A DNA stretch of 64,000 bases, from assembly GCA_051362555.1 (NCBI GenBank), contig CM120641.1:13082001-13146000 (forward strand). Direction: 5' to 3'. Under the pieces are notes generated by a model that searched no databases, was not told the origin of the DNA, and saw only the letters and a list, made by a program, of their open reading frames with translations. This document shows positions 40,561 to 55,200 of the stretch, piece by piece. Source of the stretch: Lingula anatina. Taxonomy: Eukaryota > Animalia > Brachiopoda. The translations under genes and the position numbers were made by a program. The stretch's first letter is position 1, and each line of letters begins with the position of its first letter.

Positions 40561-41129
40561 TCACACAGTTGGCCTTTGGTAAAGAGTAACATCCCCTGTT
40601 TCCATCTCAATTTCTTCTGTAACCTCCCAATCCAAGTCATTGCTGCCCAGTTTTTCAGCTGCTGAAGTAGTGTAAATTTTATCAGATATAAAAAAAAATG
40701 CCTTCTATTTAGGACATCCCTCACAATTAAATGGCACTGATAGAGCAAAATTTTAACTGTCTTAATTTAGACCGCATTCACATCGAGTTGAGCCATGGCT
40801 CTACAAAGCCACTAACTAAATATGGCAGACATACATGAAAGGAAAACTGCCTAATCTTTTAATAGTCTCTCTGCCTCTCACACGCCTCCCCATGTGTCGT
40901 CCCAATGGAGCCGAGATTTAATGACTGTACCCCCGCAGGGAGGACGCGTGTGAGAGGTGGAGAGACTATTAAAAGATAAAGCGGTTTTCCTTTCATGTAC
41001 GTCCGCCATATTTAGTTCGTGGCTTTGTAGAGCCATGGCTCAACTCGATGTGAATGCGGCCTTAATTCGTACACTACACCTATTCCCACGATGCACTTTA
41101 AATTATTCTTACATTAAGGGTAACATATA

Positions 41130-41196
<67 letters not shown>

Positions 41197-44100
41197 GTGC
41201 CAAAAGAAACTTACCAGCATTACTAATGGTATCATCATCCTGGTGCAAGCACTGGGCATCGGTGACTTCACCATCCACCTCTGCCATGGCTCCGTCAACA
41301 CTGGAGGCTGTAAGTACGACTACTTCAGGAGTGGACATGTTGCCTTGCCCCTCCAACATCTGACTTGACTCTCTCCTATTCCAAACTGAAAAATAACTAG
41401 GACTCATGTATCATTTTTATATTTTTTAAAAAATGTATAAACAAGCATTTCTTGGCAAAGACACTATTTTTCTCATTCTGAATTCAGCTTCACAAAAAAA
41501 GATCAACAGCAATATAATTCTGATGATCAATTTCATAATCAAATTATTCTGCAATCCATAAACCATGTTAGCAAACTCCCAAAATAAATTCTACGTCCCA
41601 TAAGCCTTAATTAACTATAATAGTCAAAATACGTAGATATAGAAAATCATTCAGAGTAAAAGTGTTCTCCCTCACCTGACAAAAAGGACGAAGGATTAGA
41701 ACTGTCTGCCTGTGATCCTTCATCCCTAGCAGTGACTAGAGGATCACTACCTGAATTATATGAAAAACAATTTGTTGGGTTGCAGACTGTAAAGTGACCC
41801 AATTAAGGATATTGTTACCCTTAACCAAAACTCCTTATCTACTGCCTTACATACATTCTTTTGGATAACATATAAAACTTCAGTGTTCAGTGACTAAATT
41901 AATTAACATTTACACAAGTCATCTTATGGATGACGTCATAATTGTGATTTTGGGATAAAAATAGAAAAATTGGTTGCTCTAATTTCTTTATTTAAGCACC
42001 CATGAATATCATTTTAATGCCAATTTAATGACACCATTTAGTACTCCAAAACCCTGCCAGCGATTTTTCTTTTAAGTTCAGATTTTATCATTGATAAAGC
42101 AAAATAATGCCTTTTTAAATGAAAATCTGTAATTAAGACCTCATAACTCCATAACAAAAATATTTAAACCAAACTGACGGTACGGGATTGCAGCCCATAC
42201 ATTTGATGTCAACTCTGCCAATTTTTGTGATAAAACCTTGTTCAGGGATGAAGTTATGCCCTATACTGATTGCTATTTCACCTCAAAATGGAAAGGTGTT
42301 AAAATGACAATTAAAGCTTTGACTTGCCTATGCTTATGCATTGCAATGAGAAATATAAATGCCAATATCTTATATTTTTGAGTGAATTATTGTTTTAAAG
42401 CACAAAGATAGAGGAATAATTGAATAATTATATGCAGTAAAAACCTCATTTTTGATGATGATAAAGGGTTACAATATCTTTAATGACTTAAACAAAATTA
42501 CAGTAACTAACAACTAAGTCCTTACCAACCAACAAACCTATATTATTAGATAATGATGCATTACTCACTTAAAGAAAACTTATGATAAACAAATTCAAAG
42601 GGCTCAGCACCACCTTCGCAAGGGAATCATGTTTTTTTAAAACAGGAGTAACAACTTCATTCTCTTTCCATGACATGCAAATAAATAATCGTCAAACATT
42701 GGTGGATGTTACTTTTTGATCAGCATTTTAATTCTGTACATCATATAGGTTCAGATATGCGAAAATCTATAAAACTTCACTGACTGGAAATTAAATGCCT
42801 GTCATCTACTACATGTAACCTTTCTTCAGTAACAGAAAAAAAAAACAAAACAAAACACTTACCATATATTAGTCTTTTATCTATGCCTAAAGGCTTGACT
42901 CTCTTGCTCCTTTCTTTGAATACAGCCCATCTAGCTTGAATACTCTTAGGTATCCTGTGGTCATCACGTGTAAAGATGAAGTAGCAGAAGATGTACAAGA
43001 CAAAGCCAAACAAGCTGCCCTGGAAAAGGATATACAAAATGATGAAATAAATAAGAAATAAAGTTAAGTGAGGTATTTGAGTCCAACCAGATATATTTAA
43101 ACTTTGACTGGGAGAGTTCATACATAAGTAAACATTAAATTATACAAAAAATAAAGAAATCCTTTCTTCATCCGAAACTATATTGATAAAATTCAAATAA
43201 ATGGACTACCACAGGTTGCATTTTAACCAACATTTTGGTTTTTCAATTGATGAAAAACTCTGGTTCCAGCAAATGAGATGATCACAATATGTACTAAGCC
43301 TGTGTATATTACAAAGATTAATATATGTTTACTAGTGTGTAAAAGTGTAATTACTTGGACACTCATCAGCTTTTTGTTTATCGTAATCCAAAGATCATAC
43401 ACTTACAATGATCAAAGCCAACGACACCCTGAAGTCAATTGGAATTCCATGTACACGCAAGACGAAACGACTTGTGAAATCACAATATGAAGAATTGATA
43501 TCAACTCCCCTAGAAAAAGTTAATATTACAATATAAGATACATAACATGAGGAGTTGGAAAAAATACCATATCAATTCTTGTTCTGAAAGCAGTTATTCT
43601 AAGAAGGGGGCTAAGGTTATGGTTAAGAAAGACATTTATATTCATAACATACCAAAATAAATGGAACCTTTGAAACAAACTAGCACCAAGGGGTCTGTTA
43701 TAACTCCTTGCTAGCACTGAGATCAAGCTCAACACATATATAAATCCATAAGAAAATCAAGGAATCAAGATCAGTCAGTGTATCCTGTTATGTTTCTGGG
43801 GTTGTTTTGATGTTAAAGAAGTACAGTCAAAACATTTTACACAAAACAAGCTAGTTTAGGCACAGGGCTCCTTACTTGTTTGAAATCTCCACAAGAAAGT
43901 AGTACTCTGGTGATTGCATGAAGGCAGGAATTATGTTGGCACAAGGAGAGAAGGTCTGGCAGAAAAAACTGAAGTGGTATTGGCAAAATGAATTTTTACT
44001 TAATTATTACTCAAGAAGTGCATTACCAGAGTAGAAGCTATAATCATCAATACACTTATTTTTGTTGCTAAATGAAATTTCCATTTATTTGGACTAAGTT

Positions 44101-47100
44101 TAGGAAGAGATTTACAGCAGTGAGCAAGAGGAGGAATAAAGAAGACTCATAACAGAATGGTGGTAGCACTTGTTTTTAAAACAATTACTGAGATTGTATT
44201 CTAAGGTTTTGACCCTCCCTCATCCCAGCTGGTATCCTACCTTATTCCATTAGTCAGATGTGTATATACAGGGTAGCCCTCCTCATCCACTATGCTATCT
44301 TCCATAGGACCCCAGATCAGGGTGGCTGTGGTGCTAATATTGTAAGTAACACTTTAAGACAAGTGCACTTGGACTCAAAATTATCTGATTTCAATATCTC
44401 TAAAAAGGTTTTGATTGCAAACAGTGCGATTCCAAGTTAGGGAGGAGTTTGGTTTTAAAATGTTCAATAGAAATATATTCATAATATAGGTATTGTATAT
44501 ATTAATAAAGTAAACTTGTTTATGTAGTTAGTCTGATGGTCATTGATATGTTCAACTACATGACCATTCACATGAAAAGTAATGAAGGCCACAGACACAG
44601 GTGATATATATATATGTACGTGATAGATACAATACGAGTCGCCGAGCTGTACGTGAAATATTACGAGTGTATTGGCGAGCCGCAGGCGAGACAATACACG
44701 AGTAATTTTCACGTACAGCTCGGCGACGAGTGTTGTATCTGGCTTAAACCACGGCCTCTGATTGGCTACTACACTAGTAGTGCAACAGACCGTGGAATGC
44801 ACTTGTACATGACGTGCTTGTATGTCGCATACAGCACGGCCGAGTCTTTTGTTCTACGCGCTAGCCGTGGTTTAAGTAATAATCATAACTTGATTGACTA
44901 CTCACAGAAGACATTTGGTAGAAAATCAACCAAACATACCTATAATACCTGAAAGACTGGGCAGACAACTCAATCAAATTTCAACTAATGTATTTCTTAA
45001 AAGATAAAAACAAAGAGCAATGATAAATCTTTCTTTATGAGAAAAACTTACTTCTTTGCACTGTTATATTTTGCTATTTCTTCATCAGAAAATAATTGTA
45101 TTTTGTCTATGCTCTCCTCTGACCCTCCTACTACTTTCAGTGTGTATTGCCCTTTAAAAACCCAGTGTTTGCCTATCACAGGATCTACTACACGGAAATA
45201 GGGAAGGAAACCTGAAAAAAAAATCAAAGTGGCACTATATACCTAGAGTAAAGCCAGACATATAACTATATTTTTTTTATTCCTGTTATCCTTTGGTTTT
45301 TAAAGAAGGAAGCAGGTGATGTCTAGAAAATATATATTTTAAAGGACCAGTTTTAAGAACAAAAAAAAACAGTGTAACACATAACAATACCTTAATCTAT
45401 TCAAGAAATTGCCAAAAAAAAAATCCAAATTATTATAACCGTATTTTATGTAACTATGCCCCATTTTGAAGAATCTGATGTATAGTGATTATATTGCAAA
45501 GCCAGCAAGTATCAGATTATAACCCAACCTTTACACTGTACAATACAACTGAGATGGGTGGTAATAGATAACTTTTTTTGGAAATCTCTCAAGGAACAGG
45601 TGAAATGGGCAAAATGGGCCAAAAAGTTCATTTCTGATGAGAAATTTGAGCTAGAAGCATTCTTTAGGTCAGTTATTTAACTATTTTTGGAAACGCATAC
45701 AAAGCATATGTACTACATATACAATAACTGTAGTAATTATATGTATGTATATAATTGTATTGAAAAGTGTTGAGTGTAGCACAAATTTTTGATAAGTGAG
45801 TGTTTTCTATGGCAGAAAATGATGATAAACACACATGTGCAACCATTTTTTTTTCTCACAACAGCCATTTAGGTTGGCAAAATGACAATTTTCAAAATGG
45901 CGGACAAAATGCCCTAACAAGAGTTTCAACATCAACAATTAAAGGATCCATAGTTTGTAATATGCCTTTTCTTATGTTTTAAAGGTTGTAAAATATTTGT
46001 TCTTATGTTAACACTGCCCTTGTTACACTTTAAATGGAGTTTGGTTACCTTGTTGGTTGATAGTTTATACTGTCAAGCTTGACAGAAGAGCCAGATCTTA
46101 GTCAGTCAAAATGAGGAGTGATAAGATATCTCAAGTTCTGCTGGATGTGAATTATGAGGAAGAATCAGTAATTCTGACCTCAAGCAACCAAAGTTTGTGA
46201 ATTTCTTCAAATTATTAAAATTAGATGAATGGAATATTTATGTTCTGCGCGTAAGAAGCCGGGCAGCAATCACTATCATGTACAGAGACCAACAAAGAAG
46301 TTGCCAGAGAAATATCCAACATCTGGATGTCCAAGAATACCTTTCCTCTCTTTGAGAACATTTACAACAGAATAACTGCATATTGAGGCTACATATAAAA
46401 AGCATTGTGCTTACATATGATGAATCTTATAGCATAAACACTCTTTGTTACGTTTTGAGTGAAATCTTTTACTTTCGTATATCATCACTTTTAATCCTTA
46501 CACTTTAAAGACATAAGTTCCCCAAATATATCATAATCCAACATACTTCTGTTGGGAATGTACTTCTCAAAGATAGGGAAAATACTTTTTTGGAGATTCA
46601 GGCATTGGAGATTTCCTTGGCAACTGCTTTGCTAGCCTCAGCTTATGACAGGGATGTCTTCCGGCTTCATACATGTAAAACTACAGTGTGTCATCCATCC
46701 TATTGTAATAATTTAGAAAAATTTTCACTTTATGGTAAGGTTAATTGATTCTTCATTATAATTCCCATCCAACAGATGTTGGGAAATCTTATCACTCCTC
46801 ATTTTGATTGATCAAGATGTCTGAGGTGGTTCATTTTCCCCATTTTTGAAGATTCTGGCTCTTCACTCTAGCTTGACAGTTAACTATCAGCTTACATGGT
46901 AACTGAACTCACTGTAAAATGTATCAATCTCACTGTTAACATCTGAAATGGATTCTACAACCCCAAAAACATAAGAAAAGACATATGACACACTATAGTA
47001 CCTTTTATTGTTGTTGATGAAACTCTAGGTAAACAGTTTTGGCTGCCATTTTGAAAACTGTCATTTTACCGGCCTTAATAATTGTTTTTGAAAAAAATGA

Positions 47101-50100
47101 TTGTCAGATTTGTGTTCAGCATCAAATTTCGCCTCAGAAAATACCTGTTATGGAATTTTTTTTTCACCCTACCCTAATACATATCACTATTTGGATTAAA
47201 GAAAAATTGAAGAAAAATTCCCTTTTATTACCATTGCTGAAGTAGACACAAGGCATATCTGGATCTGGTGTGGTGCAGTCGTAGGGTTGCTCCAAGCTCT
47301 CCTTCAGTTTGTCCAGTGTAGCATTGATGTCAAATGCTAAATGCACTTTGGGAGGACACCCCAACTCTACAGTGATGGCATAGAGGCCCTGAAGTTCACA
47401 TATTTTAAAACTCAATTCACATCTTACACGAGCAAAAAAAAAAAAAAAAAAAAAAAAATGGCAGCTAAAATATAAAAGTGACAAAATAACAGAACAAATT
47501 TACTGCAAATTTCACTACAGTATTGTGGCATTAAATAATCTGAATTTGTTAAATGGCATAAAAATCTTTTTAAAAAAGGATGTTTTAAATCTTATGTCAT
47601 TCACATTTGCAGAATTCCATCACAAGTAAAAGAGTCAAGACAGCATATCAAGATAAAATACAGAAAAGGATACACTAACAGGCCTATACCCAGCAATTTC
47701 AAATTTGGATTCTTTTTCGGATTAATAAAAGTGACCCTTTATAAGACCCATATTGAGGAATGGCAAAAAACCTAGATCAAATTCTGATTCAAAGCAGACT
47801 CTTTTCCGTCCAAAAGAACAGTTCTTTCAAACCCCACTCCCCACCACCACCTTTGCAAACAGTGCCCAGTAAAGTTTAAATCAATAAAATACAATTTATC
47901 ACTGTGCTGTGGAACAATTCACCTCTCCTTTCTTAGTCCCATCCCAGTCCTGTTTAAAGCACTGAAAGTCAGACTGCCACAGCCTGAACAAGACTGTAGT
48001 GGGGACCAAGGAGTGGCCTGGCGGGTGCTGCTCCTGAATGCTGCCCAGGTCTGTGACAGAGATCTGGGAAATACAACATGAATACAGTGAATATAAGTAT
48101 GCTTTTACAAAGAAAAACTCTCTATTTATAACTTTTGATATTTTGATATCTTTAAAGAATGTAAAACAATTTACAATTAAAAACAAATGTGAAATCCTTC
48201 TCAAATGTATAAAACAACAACATTCAAACCATTCCCATTTTTTTTCAGTGAGTTCAGCTGAAAATATATTCGTTTAAAACAAAAAAAATGTAGAACCCAA
48301 ACTTCGGTGACTTTGACAGACTTCTGATTTTAAAATTCTTGCATTTATTTATTTTAATTCACATAAAAATGCTCCAATGAACCATTACCCTGTACTGCAC
48401 TGTATCATTGAAATGGAAGAACTGTCTCTGAGCATCCACCTGGATCAAGCTACTGTTGGTCACCTCAACAGACAGGTGAAGCTGGTTTATCTCAAAGTTA
48501 CTGTGCACAATACCTTATGAAATAAAGAATTCCATATCAAATATAAACAAGGCAGCAAAGCTGTCAAATATACAGACAAAAAGCAGAAAAAATGATACAT
48601 AAAATAGGCTACTGTTAGTTTTGATACAATCATACATTATGACAGCAAAATCAATACCAAATTTTCTACATGCACAACAGATAAAATGGATGTAAGTAAA
48701 ATGTGTAGCTAGTATAAGGCTTCAGGCCCATAAGAGTTCAAGTTCACACTTTGAAAATGACAAAATGGAAAAATGAAAATTTCACAAAAAATGCATAAAT
48801 TCCAGAAACAATCATGATAATCCATTCAAGCTGGTTTTCCAATCTGAGCTTCATTTAAACCCTACAAATTATGCTTATAAGTTCTAAAATAATAAGTAAA
48901 ACTGCAGGTGATGGCAATATGTACATACACATCTGTGTCTGTACATAAAAATTAATAATAACAAAATGAAAATCCAAAAAAAATTTTAATCACTGGATAC
49001 AGACACTTGTTGCTGTAGTGCTAACTGAAAGGGACAAAATTTATGATATATAGGGCTTCCCAATCATCTAAATGTCAACTTTGTTAAGAGGACTGAAATC
49101 ATCAGATGAGGTAACCCTGACATATTATATAAAAATATTGGTAAATGCTTGAAAATAAGAAAAAAATTCTTTGTGAATCAGGTTATGTAAGTCACTGCAT
49201 AAAACAGTACAAACTTAAAACTAAACTGGAAGGTTACATTTAATCTGCATCTTACCATTGATCTCATCCATATTCAAGGCCAAATCAATCTTAAATGAAA
49301 AAGTCTGGTAGCGCTCTAAGTAAATCAACGATGGGAGCACATCATGGGGGATATTTTCATCATACATCTTGCCTTGTCGGTCCAGTCGGAAATGTATACC
49401 ATGCCTCAAGTAATGGTTAACATACAGGTATTGGTCAAAGTCCTGTAAAAATACAAATTACTGTGCTGTATGAACTGCCATATACTAAAATACTTGTCAA
49501 AATAATATCAAGTCCATATGAGTTTAATACAGGGGTGGATCCAGAGATATTTTCTGAGTCTTCTAAATTATCTTTGTTGATCCATCCTCCATTTTTGACC
49601 GTCTTCCAACAGAAAAAATCTTACTGTCTTCCAGAAGACCCAGAAGACAGCCCCTGCAATACATCATATCTTAAACACTTGGACAGAATTCATGTAAACA
49701 TACTGAACATGAATAAAAGGCAGCTCAAGGAATTTTTACAGGATGCAAAGACCTATGAGAAACCTTAGGAGGAACTAATTATGACAAGATTCTATATGCA
49801 ATTTTTCCCAAAGTGGTGTTTAAATTCTATACATTTAATCTGTATTATCCTTTGAATATTGTGGAAAACAGAGCACTCTAATAAACATACCTCTCCCATT
49901 GCAAATTCTCCTGAACTTTTCCACTCAGCAATCTCATCTCGATACTTGAGCAAGTACCCGGATCTCTGCTTCTTTTTTAACAACTTGTTAACCAGGGCTT
50001 GATATGACAGCCTGGATGGCTGGGAGTGAATATCCAGGGTACTGTCTACCATTGGTGGAGTCCAAGAAAATTTCTGATAAGACAAAAAAGAGAGAAAAAA

Positions 50101-52158
50101 TGAGAAATGTCCAATATTAATGGCTGCAATATCTAATATATGACTCATTATGAAAAACAGGTAAAAGATGTATCAAATATTTTGTAGTATTGGAGAGAAG
50201 TTATATGTTTTTATCTTCACTATTGGCATCACCGTTTTTTTTTTTTTTATTCAATTTGGGAATCAAAATAATATTTGAAAAACACAAATAAAATTCAGCA
50301 CCTCTTCTGCTTATTACCAACCTTATTTGGTCTTTTGTCAAATATCATCTTGAAACAATCATCTCTTACCTCAGTTCTTGTGTACTTCTGAAATCCTGGG
50401 ATCTCAAAAGTGATGGATGACACAGGACAGGCGTGTTTATGAATGACCACATCTTCACTATGGCCAGGCGCATCTAGATCTCTGGAAAAACCAAACATTA
50501 CATAATAATAATATATATATATTACTACGCATGCATGATCTTTATAAGAAATTTCCTCAAATACAAGAGATTATCACATACAGTGCACACTTACATCAGA
50601 GCATCCTTAACAGCATTCTCATAGGCCATAAGTGACAGCACATCATCAACTGGGATAACTTTTCTCAAAATTCCATCCTGATGATCTTCCACAGCAATCA
50701 ACTGCAAGTTTGTAGACTCACATTATATGTAATACTATTTCTGTTTCTTAAAATGGGGAATGAAAACTTGTATCATAAAATCAAATAACTTTTAAGACAA
50801 AATTTGCTTAAGACACACACAATCAAGCTAAACATTCCAAAGAGTAAAATTTGTAGTTTATAGATTTGGAACATCATACACCTGTCCCTCTGTTTCTTAA
50901 GATTACTAAGCAATGCCACATTCACTATCTTACCATACCTGCACCAATTCTCCAAAATATGAGTAGAACAGTGAAAATGTGACTCCTTGCAGCTGGGAGG
51001 TTTGCTGCAGGGACTTCACTACCTCCCATTGCTGACTTGGATACAGTTTAGTAACTGTCTTAGTCCCAGTCGTGCCATACCATATCTAGAAACAAGAAGT
51101 TACAGGTACCTCTACTCTGGTTTGTGGATTTTACAGGCTTTTGCCATTCCATTTCCCCTGACATGATGTCAAATTATGAAATTTAAGTTTTTTTTTTTTT
51201 AAATTCTTTCATGAAGTTTAATTACAAACTTTTTTTATGAATATGAACACTGTTTATATTAGCCAGATCATTAAAGAAATGAAACTTGGATATCTAAATG
51301 TTAAAAAAAAAAATCCCAAACAGTGAGATGGAAACAACAGACAGAAATGAATACTGAAAATTCTTAAACACTGCAAAAATATGAGTGGACAGCATTGTAA
51401 AAATTTAACCCCAAGAGATTAAGAAAAAAGGTACGCACCTCTCCAGAGTCTGTTAAGAAAGCAAATCTTCCATCATCAGCAACAGTCAGCAAAGTGATGT
51501 TACTGGTGATGGGGAAACCTTTCAGCATCTGCAGGCTATGGCCACCATCAACACTACAGTAAGAGAAACATGTTGCCAAAATGTGTTTTATTATGGTAAC
51601 TTAATTAGTGTATAAGCCACACAAAGTTACTATTCTTATACTAACTTAAAACAGTTTGTAACTAGTAATATTCAAGTAAACAGCTAAGGTACACAGGTAC
51701 ACTGTGACTGCAATAGATGATACAGACAACAAGTTGAGAGAAACTTAAATTAATCCATCTGATGTAAAAAAAATATACCCTTTAGGATGAAAACCAGTCC
51801 AGTAAGATTTGTGACAACTGAGAAATATATGCATAACACTATGTAATCTGAGAAGATTAATCTAGAAAAGTAGCCTCTTGCCTCATAAAGTAAGGGTAAT
51901 ATCACAGGTTTTACCTGTGTATAATGACATTTCCCCACATAAAAAGATGGCGGCTGACATGGCCAGCAGAAGTCAATCCAGTGAGACGGATTTCAAAATC
52001 CTCTCCAGAACTGATAACAGGGAAGCGGCAAGTGGTTGAATAATCTTGAGCACGAGACAAATCATTGGGGAATTCTATTAAACTCTGCCATTCATACTGA
52101 AGGGCACTGGCAGCTAAAAGAATTGAAAAAATTCTGACTTAAAGTTACCAGCTACTTT

Positions 52159-52241
<83 letters not shown>

Positions 52242-55200
52242 ATTTATGTTACTTATCTTTTCCTGTCACCATAATCTTTAAATCATCCCTATGCCCATCC
52301 ATAAAATAAAAGTATATGTTACTTAAACTAAGAATATTTAGTCTTGCATGCCAAAAAATTACAATTCACTATGTAATATCCTTTACCATGCTTTAGAAAA
52401 AAAAGATGCAGACATCTCATATTATATAAAAAATGTATCAACAAACTATTAAATATAAACATAAAATTCATGAAACTGCTCAGTATGTGCATAAATAAAA
52501 TGCCACGCAAATAGCAGTCAAAAATCTTAACTCTCAAAAAAATGCATTCAGAATTTCAAAAATCTCAAATTACAACATTTTTCCTAACTACACCTACCAG
52601 ATAGAGATACCAGGGCATAGAAGCCAAGTTGGTTGGGTGATTTTGTTAAGTACAACAGTACAGAGATGGTGTTGTCCAGGTCTGCAGCCAGTGTGGCATC
52701 TATCACAGTGCAGTTGTCATAGTCTGCTGTTGGATACATATCACAAGGGTGCTTACCATGCATGTCAACCAGTTCAGAAAACTCCAACTCATCTGGAATA
52801 AAACTTACGGTATAAAGGTACTGGTAGTCTTTATGTCAAGAACTTTTGAATCCACTACAAAGTTTAAGCTTTTTTCAAAAATTAAACTCAATTTAAGTCT
52901 GGCTCCAAGTCCAACACATGCAGTAAGTTGATCTAATTTCTTGAAGTTACCTGATATTTTTTTTAATGGTGCTATGAATATCTTTCCCTCTTCTTGGCCA
53001 GTACCAAGGAGTAAGACATGTATGCTGTAGGCCCTGGTTTGACTGGGTAGTATCACCTTCTTCAGTGGCTTATTTAGTGTGGTAACCACACTGAAGTTAG
53101 GAGATCCATTCACTGGCATTTGGTATAGGGCAGTCTTAAATAGAAAATGATATATAAGGTGACAATACAGGCTTATGATTCCCTCTCCCACGATAAGAAC
53201 ATGATAACAAAGGCCTCAGAGAACAGGGCCACATTGGCAAAGTCATCCAACAGCTCTAAAGAGACTTCCATGTTCAAAAATTTGTGGTGTTCATGGTCAT
53301 ACAGCTATTAGGCATACTTAAGACAAAAATATGTTACAATTTGGCAATAAGCAAAAATTTTCTAATCTAATTCTTTATACATACTGAGGTTAAAAGAAGA
53401 TAACTTTCCCTCAAAGAGGTAACAGACACCACTGAACTGTCAAAGGAATCATTCAAAGCCTGAAACAAAACATTCACTGGTGAGAATTACTGATATTTTG
53501 ATCAGCACAAGTACCTTAAATCACAGCATTTAAAATGTACAAGAAGGATTGATCTAGTATTCTACTCACTCTTCTATTTTATAAATCATTAAAGGCACTG
53601 GGATTACATTTAGAGTGTCAGCAAGAACAATTCATATTCTAGATTCATCCCCAATAAGGATTTACAAAAAATCTATAATAACCTTTAATGATACATAATT
53701 CCTAAACTCATCATTGCTGATGATGATGATATTCTGGTGAGTAAATCCTCCAAGGGCCATGCTAGAGGACAGGTGAGGAAGGTAGGGCAAGGGAAAAGTC
53801 CTTCCAGACGCCAATTCTTGAAACACTGTATCTAGATTGCTGGCGTTTAACTGTGCTTGCTGTGACAGAGTGTCAAGATACAGCAACGTTCTGCAATTTG
53901 AATTTTTACAAGGAAATGATATCTGTAATGAAATTTTTGATTTATTGCATTTCCACAAAGGATGGATATCACCACTTTAAAGAGAAAAGAAAAATTAAAG
54001 ACACAACTGCTATTACATGGTGGATGTCATACAACTTCATAGAAATAAATGAATAAATTCCGTCAACAATCCTAAAGGAAATTATACCTTGCTCTGAATA
54101 TTTTTAGAAAGTTTTTAAAACACATATGAAAATTAGAAAGTCACAGAAAAGTCAAACCTTCAACACCACATAAGAAAGGTAACAATATATTAAAACGCTT
54201 ACACATACCATAAAATGAAAAGAATACCCAGAACAGATTAAAGTTTCTTAAGAGGCACAATGAAGCATACCAAACATTAAACAAGAAACTTCAATATAAA
54301 CAACTTGAGCACTGTGAGTTATCTACCTAAGAGGAGTTACATATTGTTCCATTCCAGGTTGGTTAACAGAGACAGGGATATGGTGTTCCAACCCCGTGGT
54401 GGCCAGAGGCACCAGCCAAGCAGGTTCACACAATAAGCAATCACAAGTAGAGGAAGCTACAGGCAGACAGGAGAAGGAATAGAGAAAGGCAAATGATAAG
54501 CAGAGACTGTCTAAAACTGACATGAAAAGGGGATTTGAGGACAAAAGACTGAATTCTTCTACAATCCGTATTTAGACATATCAAAACAAGTGGCAGCCTA
54601 TAAAATAGTTAGTGGTTTTATGTTTTTAAGTCTATGTCCTAAACACAGATGGTAGATAAAAAGTATGAAACTGTCCTATAAGAAATTGTACTGTATAAAA
54701 CAAAAGTCAAATTACAGGCAAGCTCTTTTTTAAACTTTAGATTACTGTGCATACAAAGCAACCTGAAGTCACACCAAGAACTGACCTAGGAGATGAAAAT
54801 TAAAAAATAATCAAAAAAGAATAAATCAACTCTCTCTGAAAAAAAGGCACCATAAAAAAAGAGACGTGATGAAAATAAGTTATATTTATTGGCAATACCA
54901 CACAGAAAATGTCACATAACAAAGTATCATCAACGTTTGGTCAGAGACAATGATAAAGTTAAGTCAACTCCCTGGGAAACTGTTCTTGTTTTGCACATGC
55001 ATACAGAGAGAAGTTAATGCCACCACAGTCAAATATCCCACATTATAATATATAAGTATTGATATTTTTCATCTTCAAAATCCACTAAACTTTACCTGAT
55101 GTGTTCTTTAGGTCTACAAGTTGTCCTTTGTAAAAATTTTGTATCAGTCCAGTATAATGTAATTGTTTATCCTTTGGTCCTAAAGATGTCATCACATTGG

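Noticed and set aside
40957-41363. ORFs containing YIYIYI runs (also 56133-56439)
   Set aside because: Translations of (TA)n microsatellites.
49040-49117. Possible small CATSPERG exon
   Set aside because: It has stops or no good donor, and the flanking exons 49256 and 48513 already join in phase and colinear with the homolog.
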